Source of the DNA: Eutreptiella sp. 'Long Island Sound 2002' | Taxonomy: Eukaryota; Protista; Euglenida | Assembly: GCA_964036045.1 (NCBI GenBank) | Contig: OZ038378.1 | Location: 80,538,001 to 80,602,000 of the forward strand | Direction of reading: 5' to 3' | Length of the DNA: 64,000 nucleotides | Part shown: positions 38,275 to 49,799 of the stretch, one piece after another | How the letters are laid out: every line of letters begins with the position of its first letter | How positions within the stretch are numbered: position 1 is the stretch's first letter | Translations under genes and position numbers: made by a program | The notes under the pieces: model-generated | Told to the model about the DNA's origin: nothing | The model's database searches: none | What the model saw: the letters and a program-made list of their open reading frames with translations, nothing else

Positions 38275-41200
38275 TGACGTGGCCTGTTCTGCCAACCCCC
38301 GGTTGTTTGTTCGTCCGTAGGCGTTGGATTGGTCGAGCTCAGCTGGTATAGCCGCTTGCCTTTTCTGCCGTGCTGCGGCTGTATGTTATACAACAGCCTC
38401 ATGATCTGGGCAGGGTTCACTCCTCTGATGATCGCAGACTGCGCATCATCGAATGACTCAGGGGTAATCACCTTCTGCCCTCTACGGAACTAAAAGCGGT
38501 GGCGGTACCGCAGCAGTACTGATTCCACTAAAATTGGCATGGTCGCTTGATTGAGCTGCACCCCTGCTTTTTTCTAGATGGGCAGGTGGGGCGCTCGCAG
38601 GATGTCCTTGGGTATGTCTTCCATGTTGCATACAAGCAGGAGCGCCATGTGCAGAAGCGCGCGTAGTGTGAACGTGCCTGCTAGCACCGGGGCGTGCTAG
38701 TCGATGGTGGTAGCGGGTGATGGTTGGTTCACTGCGATGGCGACAGCTTCTGCCGCTGTAACTAGGTATCGCACCCGGTTGTGGATTGTAACGTGGGATT
38801 CACGCACCGCCTGCAGCAGGCATGCTTTCTGCATTAGTGTGTGTTTGCGTAGTGCCATGGTGGGGCGTCATGTATGCTCTTGCACCCGGTTGCTGGACAG
38901 CGGGCAGGCTGTTGGTGGATGTTGCTGCGCTGCCTGGCATCAGACGGGGTTTTTGAGTTCCTGGCTAGTGACTATTTTCTGGCAGCGTGAACCCCGTATC
39001 CTGCTGATTGAAGCGAAGGGCACCATCTTTCTAAGGTGCCGGATGGATGTGGCCTCTGCCGACATCACTGCCTACATTAAGCGGTCCCTTTCACACATTA
39101 GGGATTTCCATGCTTTTTCTTGCTTCTTTTGAGCCCATTGTTGGCTGTCTTTGTATTGCAGTGCATCTGCTTGATCTCGCGCTTGTTCCAGCACCCTCCA
39201 AGCGCGCTGCGCGTCTCTGGCCTCTTGCCCTTCTCGCCGCTGGGCTTCCGGCGCCCCCATGGCGTCTCTCTACCGAGCTAGCCACTCGGTCACTTTGTGG
39301 TTCCCCATGCTGAGCGCTTTTAGCACATCTGACAACATTCCGCGTTCTTGTTCGCGCCAGCTTTCGATACTAACTGCGTGATATGCGGCACTGCTGCCAC
39401 CCACATCAATTATACTGAAGGTCACATGCAGCAGGAGGAACGGGTGAATATGCACGAGCCCGTCATTGTATGCCACTAGCGACTGTGGTCCTAGGGGCAG
39501 TGATCATCGCCCAGTGTTTGTGTCGGCGTCCTTCTCCTGGGGGGCGGGGAGGCACTGAAGTCCGCAATTTTTCGCAATTTTCCGCATTTTTTCCGCATTT
39601 TTTCTCCTTTGCTCCTCTTACGTGCCTAAAGGTGACCCCTGCTGTCAATGCCGAACCATACTAGTGTCCACAATTTTGTAGAACAATGAGACCCCTTTTT
39701 GCCCACGCTTGAAGATGACAACATCCGCCGCCTTCGGTTCATGGTTTAGTTCCATGGTGATATTGAGGGGCGCCTCCCGTAATTGTGTTGCCCATGGACC
39801 TTTTGTATGACTCAAAAAAGATTCGAGCCACTTGTCCAAAGGTGTTGCACCTTGAGCGTTACGGAGGGCTGCTTGCAATGTCGCATTTTTGCACCAATTT
39901 TCCGCAATTTTCCGGCAATTTTCCGCAATTTCCCCGCAATTTTCCCCCAATTTCCCCGCAACTTTTCGCAATTGGTTTTCACCCCCCAGACCGCAACCCC
40001 CCCCCCCCCGCCGCCTTCCGTGCCGTTACACACGGGTAATGAACCTCCTATGCGGTGAATGCTACCTTCATCACATGGGTGAGGAGGTGCTGGTTCCATT
40101 CCCACCGGAAGAATTCATACGCCGTTGGGCCTGCTCCTCGGACGGCATGCGCTCGGTGTAGGCTTCGATAGTACTCCCTTTCCTGGGGTCTGTTGGGCAT
40201 GTGCAGCAGGTATACCCGACATAGTTAGCATCTTGCCGCAAAGCTCAGTACATACAGGTTGCGCGCATCCAGCAGCACGTGCGCGTACGTGCACACTTGC
40301 CCTTGCAATAGAAGCAGTATCCCTCTTGTTTTCTGCTACTTGAACTGCCGCTGAATCTACCTTGGCAGTCGTTCAGGCCCTTTGGTTTCCGCCCACGTCT
40401 CACACACTCCTACGAGACGGGCTGCCCCGCTGTGGGTCTTTCCCGCTACCCGCCGCCACTTGTCGGGTGTGAGACTCGGTACGTTGACGAACATGCATAG
40501 GAGGTGCACGCTTCGCACTGCACCCAGCGACGGCAGTGGCCTTTGTCTTGGCCATCTTGATAAGCTTATTGGCCGCACTGCCTCTTGCCGTCGTTCTCGA
40601 AGCTGCACTACCATGCGGCCCTTTGCACCGACTGCCTCTGTCCGACAGACACAGAGGCTGGCGCGTATCTCTTTTGGAGATGTTTGCGGAGCCCAATGGC
40701 GGCTCCACTCGGTGCACGAATTGATTACGCACTCGTCTGGCGGCGGCATCTTTTGCCGTAGCCACTGGAAGTACCCCCAATGAGCACGGAGCCACCGCTG
40801 GTGGTGTGTGGCAGCCGGCATGAACCTAAGCAATTCCTCCCACGACATGGTCCAGGTCTGCTCCCGCTCACGGGCGTCTTCTATCGGATACACAAGGATA
40901 CCGGTGTGGCGCATGAGGGTTCTGTCGGCCGCCAGTGTCAGCGTGGTTGGGCCGCATTCGAATTCTCCGCACAGAGCAGTCCATGGGCTTTCTGGCGGTC
41001 TGCGCGATATGGCACTTCACTTGTCGCCGCGTGCATCGTTCTCTCGCCCCCTGTTTGGCCACCCCTGGACTGTCGCATACCGTGGGGGTGCATTGCCAAT
41101 CTGCTTCTAGTATAGCTGAAGCTGCTCTGTGTAGGGGCCACGTCCTTTCCAGCTCTATGGACGCATCTATCTCCTCACCGTGAATTGAGGGCAGCAACCC

Positions 41201-42965
41201 ATTCCACGCTCGGACCATATGCGGCTTCCAGTCGTGGTGCTTTATGCTTCGTGTTCTTGTATGTGGAGACTAGTTTGTGGCGAGGAACATCCCTTGTGCC
41301 TGGAGGCTAACAGAGTATTCGGTGGCAGATCGTCATCTGCGGACTGGGTCTATTTCCTTTCGGCACCGACCGTCTGGTCGTCCTGCCGAGGACCCGTAGG
41401 CCATCTTTGTGGGCCATCTGTGCCCGCACGCTGGCTACTGACTGCCCGCTACCTGGAGGGTCAGGCGGTGGATACCATACCGTGTCTCCCGGACTCTCGA
41501 CTATTTCATCTCCCCAAGGCGGCATCATGGGTGCGTGCGGCGTGTGTGGGAAGAGCATGCTCACACTGAGGCATCCCGGCATACCTCCAGTGCCATAGTG
41601 GCTGATGTCCAATATGGGTCCCTTCCCACCGCCTTTGCCGCTCGGTCTCGCCGGCTGCCGCACCTGAAGCAGCACCGGGAGGTCATGCCTCCTAGTGAGG
41701 CGCACGTCCGCTCTTGATCTTCTTAGTGTCCGCTGGTGATGGTCAATGCCGTCCATGATCTTCTCAATTGATAATAGGTGCACAATGAAGATGATGGTCT
41801 ATAAGTTCTTGTCGTCCTTGGTGCCTGTTGTGATCCTGTCAAACAGCTCGTCTCGTTGTGGCAGCCAAAGGCGTTGTCAAAGTCTTTGCGCACTTACCCT
41901 GCATCCGCTCCAGCCATTCCGTAGACCTCTAGCACTACAAGCCGCTGGCTCTTTTTGCTAACGTTCGTGTATACCGGCCGCCTGTCGTCTTCGTGGTCGT
42001 CGGAGGAATCCCGAGCGCGCATGCTCGCGCGCTTGATGACCTTCACCATCGCTTGCAGCCCTTGTGGGGCTGGCACTCCCCCTGCCACTGGCCGATCCTC
42101 CTTGAGCGCTTCGCGCACTGCTCGCTGCAGAGCCGCCTCACGGGTTCGCGGCCCTTGGCCCTTGCTGTTTCAGCCATGATGTCGCGGATCGTGCTCTTGA
42201 GCTCCTCCTTTTGCCTGTCCACACCAAGGCCGATGGAAGGGGGATGGTGCTCCCCACGTACTCGGTAGTGTTGCGTCGGAGGCCTCCCCTTGCTTCGGGC
42301 AGTGTCAAAAAAATACTCCGTTGGTTGTGAGACTTGTTGTCACACTTGTCCCGCCTGGCATTGTAGGGCAGGACGAGTAGCCCCACTGTGACAACAGCTC
42401 TCAAGCCGAAGGCCATGGTGGTTTGGTGCATCCCTGTAACCTCCCACCGACATGGTATCTTGGCCGGGGGGCCTCCCCTCATTTCAATGAATCTGTGACC
42501 TCCCCTGCAGGCGGGAGAAGTAGGGAACAACGCTCCCTTCTCGCCCGGGCTCGTGATTGGGGGGCCTGCCCTTCCTTCAGGAGGTCCCCAAACAGAGTCT
42601 CCTGGGCCCACGTCGGGCGTCCGGGGGGCCATGGTGGCCGCCATGCCGCATCACTCGGTCCCCATCCCATGATGCACCTGTGCAGAAACACACGGTGTGT
42701 ATGGGCTGCGGGGAGACAGCAATCGCAAGCCTTGGAATGGGCTGGTCCACAGGGAGACCCGGGGTACCCTCGCAAACCGCCACCTCCCGGTGGAGCCCGC
42801 CCTGTACCATCGTGCCTCCCCCATGGCCGCCGGCGGGGGATGGGGCGCGTGATCTCACGACCGAGCCGCCGCGGTTGGACTCGGTCGCACCCCGGACCGC
42901 ATGTCAGCCAAGGGGATTACACCCCCACACCACCATGAGGTCACAGCTCCTGCGCGGTCGTGGGG
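38275..42965 (-). mobile_element. LINE-D: heavily decayed APE-RT non-LTR element, 3' truncated
   Basis: APE start FVNVPSL...LVGVCETW (~40500-40390); RT-like PI*KKAG...MPILVESVLLR and DAQSAIIRG (38600-38400); many TAG/TAA stops. Confidence 0.65.
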
Positions 42966-42968
42966 GTT

Positions 42969-43000
42969 ATACATACATACATACATACATACTTACATAC
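42969..43000. repeat. Short (CATA)n tract
   Basis: acatacatacatacatacatacttacatac. Confidence 0.95.
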
Positions 43001-46000
43001 CACCTCGTCGGAGATCACAGCACCACAACAGCCGTAGACGGGTTAGAGGCCGAAAACAGTAAACTAACGTCAGGCAGCTAACGGGTAAAATACGGTACGC
43101 AAGATACACAGAGCAGTCAAGCATAGGAACAGCACAGAGAAACGAAGACACGAGACTACGGGAAGCGCAAACGGACAACACACGGAGAAATCGCCTTGCT
43201 TCACATTACAGACAGATGTCGTGAAATTGAGCACGAGTGCCGAGGTAGTTATGTTGTATGCGGAGCACACTATGCACAAAAAAGTATGGGTAGGCAGACA
43301 AGTTAGCAAGCGAGTGCCTTGGCGTCAGGTCTTGAGAAAGAAATGCACATGACGGCACCAAGGTGCAGTGCGCACCGCCGACAAGGCGGACGATAGTGCG
43401 GCAAATGTGCAGGAGGCACCAATGTGACCTCAACTAGAGGAAGAGATGCACATAATGGCACCAAAGTGCAAAGCAGTCCCGGCATTAGTGGGCCTCCCCC
43501 TAGGGTGGCCTCGGGAACGAGATCCTGTATGCGGCCGGAGGTTGTCTCCATGCCTACAGCCCCCATGGGCGCCCTGCGGCCAAGTGAAGGCCCTCGTTTC
43601 CCCCTCGGGGCGGGGGGGGTCCCGCTCGAGCAGTGGCAGAGAGCCCCTCTGCGGTATAGTGATGGCGGCGAAAATGACTGTGCGACAAAAGTGTGGGAGG
43701 CACGTGTGTGACCTTAGGCCCTCGGCTCCTCACCGCAAACCAAGTCGACGCTGTCGGAGGGCCCAAACGAGCCCTAAGCGTGATGGTTCCACCCTAGGCA
43801 AACAAAGACACCTGTGGGAGGCGCGATTGTGACCACAGCCCTTGTGCTGCACGCTGCAAGCGTAGCAAAGTGTGTGGGAGGCTCCTATGAGACCTCACAC
43901 CCTAGACTCCACGACAACACCACTGCGAACCCTAGAATGGGCGGACAGCCACCAACGCGCTACGATGGCAACACCAAAATACGCGGAGCACTGCTGTGCG
44001 GTGCACTGCAGTGGGCACCACAGGTGCAAACCATGCAACACTGTGCAAATCGGCGATGCTGTCTACAATACAATGGGCTATATCACCAGCCAAACCCAAA
44101 ATGCAGCAACACCGGATGCCGTGTGCATGAACGGTACACAATGTTCAGGCTTGGCGGGAGCCAGAGACCATGTTGCGTCAAGGCGGCACACTGCTGTTCA
44201 GCGAGCTGAGATGCTCTGCGCTGTGTCCCGTATTCAGGCCTTTTCTGTGTATCATGCCCATTACATGGCCCCCGCACCGTTCACCGGTCAAAATAACCCT
44301 ATTTGAGAAGCTAATGCGAATCAAGGCTAGCGGAGAGACCTGCATCATCCGCTGGCAGGATGTGCAAAGTGCACAGCATGACCAACCAATGGACGACTTC
44401 AGTGATCGGCAAGCACTCCCGCAGAGATCCTCGACACGCACCTGTTGGCTAAAGGCCTAGTGGACGATGGTTTGAGAGCCGCGGTGGCGCAGACGAACCC
44501 CCACTTGATTGCGTTGTCATATTAGACTGCGCTGGCGCACCTGCCGAGATGGATAGCAGCAAGGGTTGCCGCGGGGTACTCCGCTGCTATGTTAGTGCTC
44601 AACACGGGCGACAACTTCCTCGTATCTGACAAGCTAGCATGGCGGCCGTAGTGGTGCCACGGGCTGGAGGCGCCGGGCAGCGCCTCATCGGCGATCTGAA
44701 TCGTGACGCCCTGCCGAATCTGTTGGGTGGTCTTGTCTGGATGCCGCTGGCGGTGAGAGTCAAAACTTAGACCATGTGGCCATGGACAAAGCCTCGGTGG
44801 ATGAGCAAGGTCGGATAATTTGAGAGAAGGGGAGGCCCCCAAGCCACGGGTCTATATGTGTGGGGGGCACCATCCCTTCTGGTGCCTCCACGGATACAAA
44901 ATTTTGGACATTCCGAGAAAGAAGGGGAGGTCCCCCAAGGCACTTGTGCGCGGGGGCCGCCATCCCTCCAAGGACCCTGGTTGCCCTTCGGGATGTGTAT
45001 TTATTTAGTAAAGTAGTTGTACAAACAAGGAAGCACAATGTTGTATCATGTAAACCTCCGGTCAACAGCCTGGGAAGGCTGGAGGAACGGGTAAAAGCTG
45101 CGGATCCCGCAACGGCAGCCCCAATGGTGAGCGCACCACCGGAGGGGACATTTCTGTGGGGTAACTTTGTACATAGTTAATAACGTAATAAGTAGTGCTT
45201 ACTGCCGTAAATAATGCTTAAGGGGTTAAGGGCCTCCCCGAGGCCTAGTTAAGTGCGCCCCCCCAGAGCCGGACTCAACCGGCCGCTTTGAGGCGAGCCC
45301 AGAGTGTGGGTATTACGGGCTAGACGTAAGTGCTGGTGGTCACGCCTCTTCGCATCCCCGCGGGCATAAACTGCCCAAGTGGGCCCTAAGGACCCTACTG
45401 CATGGGAATTAAGCCGCGGCGGGCCTTAGGGTTCTAGTTAAGAGGACCCACCTTGAGTCGTAGCTACTATTACCCTGGGGTTATGTCCTTCGGTACTGCC
45501 TACCTACCCTGCCCGCTGCTGCTTAGGATACCCAGAGGGAGCAGAAAGCACCCCGGTGCAACAGCTCGCGCAGGCGAGGCGTCCCCTAGTGACCTAGATT
45601 AAACCCAATATAGTTAATATCTGACCAAAAATTAACATGTTAATCTCAAGTTTGCATTTTTTGTATGGGGGGTTAGGGGGTTTGCGTTGAAAATTTTGAC
45701 CCCCATGGGGTGCCTTACGGGCTTGGGTGTCATTTTCCCCCGGGAGTTGGAGAGGGGGTCCCACCCATGTGGTTCGTTCAAAATGTTAAAAGGGCTCTCG
45801 GCTTTCATTGTTGTTTTTGCTTTTTGGATTAGTATTTGAAAAGTTAAAAAGACTCGCCAGCATTAATATTAATCTCACAAATAGTAACTGTATTCCCCAA
45901 AGATTAGCCCTTCTAACAATGGCACAACATAACATGTAATGCATTATGTGTGTGTTCATGTATGTTGTCCATGGCCATTGTCCCCCGTTGGGTCCCCATG

Positions 46001-46859
46001 CGGGCCCTAATACCTCATGGGACCCCGTAGTGGGGTCCCACATCTTCGCGTGGCCGAATGGGGGGTTAGTGGGGTTAGTGGGGTTAGTGGGTTCGGTGGT
46101 AGGGTTCGGGTTCAGGGGGTTAGTCTGTTCGTTTGTGGGGGCGGGGGTTCGGGCTTTTTCCTGCCCAACCGGGCCTCGTCCCGGTACCGCTCGGCCTCCT
46201 CGGGTGTGGGGAAGAGGAGGGGCCGGGCCATCTCGTAGAGGGTGGTGCCGCCCGGCTATTCTACCCATACGGCACCATATTTCCCTCCGTGGATACCACG
46301 CACGGTGCCCCCCTCTACCCTGGTGGGGTAGGGTACGTGGACGACCGTCCCGCTAATCAGATTCTCGGGACGGTCGTCCTTCTTCTCGGCACCCTTCGGC
46401 ATGTCGGTCTTGGTCCGGGAGGGGGGGGGGAGGTGGCGGTCTTGGGGGGGTTGGTGGGTTTGGGGGCGGAGACGGCCTCGGTAGGCCGCGCGGCGGTGGT
46501 GCTCGGGGGTTTGGGCTTTTCGTTACGGGGGATCGTTGCGTTGTTGCTCTCCGAGTGTGACTCGAAGGCGAACCGTTCCTTTCGCTTTTTTGAGGGGGGT
46601 TGGGGGGGTTTGGGTTGAGGCTTGGCTGGGGGGGGTTGGCGCGGTGGTGGTGGAGCCCCCCCCTGCCCCCCCCCCTTCTCCTTGTCGCTAACCCCACCCC
46701 CTTATCCCCCCCCTCCCCCCCGCATACCCCACCTCCTGCATGCCACCCCGCTCGTTGGGCCGAAAGTGACGCGACGTCACCCAAACGCCGGTCAGCACAC
46801 GCGAGGTCTCCCAGTCATGGAGACCGCGCAAGAGAGCAAGGCCCAAGGGTGGGTCTCGA

Positions 46860-47439
46860 GCTATGATGGGGTGGAGGTTCCTACTAGGGGTACTTCCTGG
46901 GATCGCTCGGCGTCTCGCCAGGCCACCCGCATGGGCCTGGCATGCGTCGTTTGATCACGAACGACGTCTATGACCTAGAGACATAAAGAAAAATAACAGA
47001 TATTTGAATTGATTTCTTTGGCGACTTTTTTGACTTTTCGACTTCAATATTAACGCTTGACTTTTCAAATTGCACGCGGCGGTTCAAAAATTAAAAATTA
47101 ATTTCGAGACAAAAAAGCTGGCACCTAAAAATTAAACGAAACAAACAAGCACCGTACCTCAAACGTACCGCTGGTGCCTGTTGCCTGTACAGCCCCCATG
47201 GCATCTCGGAAGTGAGACGCTGCGGTGGGGACCACCTCGGGGGCTCCCGCACTGGCCATTAGGGCCGATTGGGCCGCCAGCTTGGCCACGTTGGCGGCCA
47301 CCGCGGCCGCCTTCACCGTCCGGGAACCGGGGATGAGGCCCTCGTACGAGGGCTGACACCCCGAATCACAAATGGGTCGGGGCAAGGCGAGGACACTACC
47401 TGAGTCGACCCCGAACACCAAGGCCTTGCCTTGCCGCAA
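46860..47439 (-). pseudogene. Spliced unknown gene relic with GT-AG intron 46975-47157
   Basis: GAG|GTACGG donor, T-rich tract and ctctAG acceptor; in-frame join ...GTSGTFE|VIDVVRDQTTH...; TAG further downstream. Confidence 0.45.
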
Positions 47440-48160
47440 CTGCTTGACTCAGCCCAGGTGGGTCCACTGCCGTAGCAGCACCTAGTAGTGCGCCGTCCCA
47501 AAACGGACGGCACGGGGGTCATACAACAAATGCAATGCGGGCAAACTGCCCACACTCGTGGCCTCGGGCATGGGGGCCAAGGGCACACCTCGGAGGGGTT
47601 TCCATACCCAAACCTCCCCCCCCCTGGAGGCATCCTTACCCCGGTTGCCTCTATTTTCCCCCTCCTTTCGCCGAATCAAACACCGGATTAACCTCCAGAA
47701 AATCCACATGATCGTCATGTGGCTATGTGCGGGGGAGGAAAAAATGAGTTGATCCCCCGCACATCCTGGCTCCAGCACCTGGGCTGACCAGCAGATCGCC
47801 CCTGCTTTCCGGGCCGTGGCGGTCTGGGGGCAGAGGGCTTTGAGGAGCCACTGGGGGATGGGGCGGGGATGGGGGGGGTCAACAACCTCAACTCCCTCCC
47901 AGGGGGGGGACGCCGGCACCGGACCCTTTACGCCGACGCCCCCCCCCCCTCCCTGGAAATTGGCTGGAAAGTGCCGGACCATGGGCGCCGAAGGCGCCCT
48001 AAAGAAATTTTTCTTGACTTAGTACAGGGTGAAAAAATGGCTTTCCACCCCATTTGTCTATACTCAAAATGCTCGGTTTTTGGAGGAGAACCCAATAGTG
48101 GATGAAAACCAAATTGGACAAAATATGAATACCATCCTTGTGCAGAGTTATGTCAGATCT

Positions 48161-48230
48161 GGGCCATACCCTAGTGGTAAAGCAGTGCCTCTGCAATTGG
48201 GGATCCTGGGTTCAAACCCCGGTGGGGGTA
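48161..48230 (+). mobile_element. tRNA-derived SINE head or tRNA pseudogene
   Basis: A-box-like ccctagtggtaaagc and B-box ggttcaaaccc; anticodon and acceptor stems pair poorly; T-run downstream. Confidence 0.65.
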
Positions 48231-48592
48231 ATCTGCAGGGTTGTAGGTAGGATCAGGGACACCATGGGACAGTTTTTGTTTTCGTTTTTTTTGCCTTTTT
48301 TTCGCTTTGACTTTGTCCCCTTTGACTTTGTCCCCGGATTGTGCAAGTGCGCGGCGAGCATTGCCAATTTGTGACCCTTGAGAGCAACGTGGAGAATAGG
48401 TGGTACCAACAAACCGGCACTTTGAAGGCATTGGCAGAGTGGTGCATTCATTGTGCTCCCTCTGTAGTGCCCACTGTACCAAGGGATCCCTATCCCTGCA
48501 TGCCCACTGCCCCTACTAATGATAAGATGGCATCATATTGTGGCCCGAACAGTGTGAGTTGCCGGATTTGCCAAGAGAACGTGCCACATTGA

Positions 48593-49369
48593 GTGCTGCG
48601 CACGCACATTGGGCAACACATTCTACGTGGTCACCACATTGAAGGACAGGGGGCCCGGTGCGCCAATATTTGCGGTTTTTGTGGAGCACGGGATGAATGC
48701 ACAATCTGCTTGCCGTTGCAATCCCAGTCTACACGGAATCACATGGTGGTGGCGGTAAGCTCTTGCCCATCGGAGCCATTGGCAATCTCTTGGGCCCGAA
48801 TGTCAACGGCAACCAAGGCCAACCCTTGCACCAACCGACCCGTAAATTGCCCCCAATGCACAACCACGGTTTGGTTGTACAGTATGGCTGCCCATTTTGC
48901 CGCCCTCCATCCCAACGATCCCATTCCACATGGCTTTCGTGTCACCGAGGAGGAGGAAGCATCCGTTCGCGGATGGAACGTTGGTGCCCTCAACAGCGGG
49001 TCGAAGAGGCAAAAAGTCGATGGTGATACGCCCACTCCTTCCATCACACCTTTCACCACAGCCAACAACAACAGCTCTTCCTCGTCCTCGTCCTCGTCCT
49101 CGTCGTCCTCCTCCTCCTCCTCCTCCACTACAACTCCCCCGATGCCACCAACGACATCTCATACTCCACCCTTGCCACCCTATGAATCGGAGGCCACTAC
49201 ACAGGGGGATTGTGGGACACGCCCATTGAAGTCTACCGGGAATCGGGCAAGAGACAAGAAGCGCCTTGACGCACTACTCGAGGCCAAAAAGAAGAGAGCC
49301 CGGGAAGCAACCGATTCGTCTAGTGGTGACGAGGACTACTTTGATCGTCCGGTGGACAAGCCCTCTTAG
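48593..49369 (+). pseudogene. Cys/His-rich putative Zn-binding protein with Ser-rich and basic tail
   Basis: H..QH..., CGFCG...C, CP, PCTN.PV.CP.C...W...M..H....H pattern. Confidence 0.65.
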
Positions 49370-49799
49370 CGCCCCTTCCATCACCTTCCTCAACCCCACC
49401 ACTCCAATCACCCATGTTTTGAGGCCCCAAGCAGGAGAACCCCACGACGGGCACGCGGCGCGTTGGTGCACACGATGTACAGCCGGTGTGCGGGCATAGT
49501 ACGTGCACACGTTGTGGGCACGCAAAAATGACTACCGCGATGAGGGGGTCATTTTAAGCCATATATGTTGGGGTCGGGTGGCCGCCTCCCCTTCAGCCGG
49601 CCCCAAACCCCCCCCAGACCTAGCCCTCCCCCCCTCCCCCCCCGAGTCAGGCCGGCAGCAGCCGCCACCTGCCCTGTGCGCCCCCTGGGGTCAGAGGTGC
49701 AGCCTGTGAGGGGCAGACGCACCACTGCCACACCAAGTGTCCCCCCCCCCCCGCCGCGCCCATGCTTGCTCAACAGGTAATGGAAGACAACGTTAAAGG

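Noticed and set aside
48161-48230. Functional tRNA-Cys(GCA)
   Set aside because: Anticodon and acceptor stems do not pair adequately.
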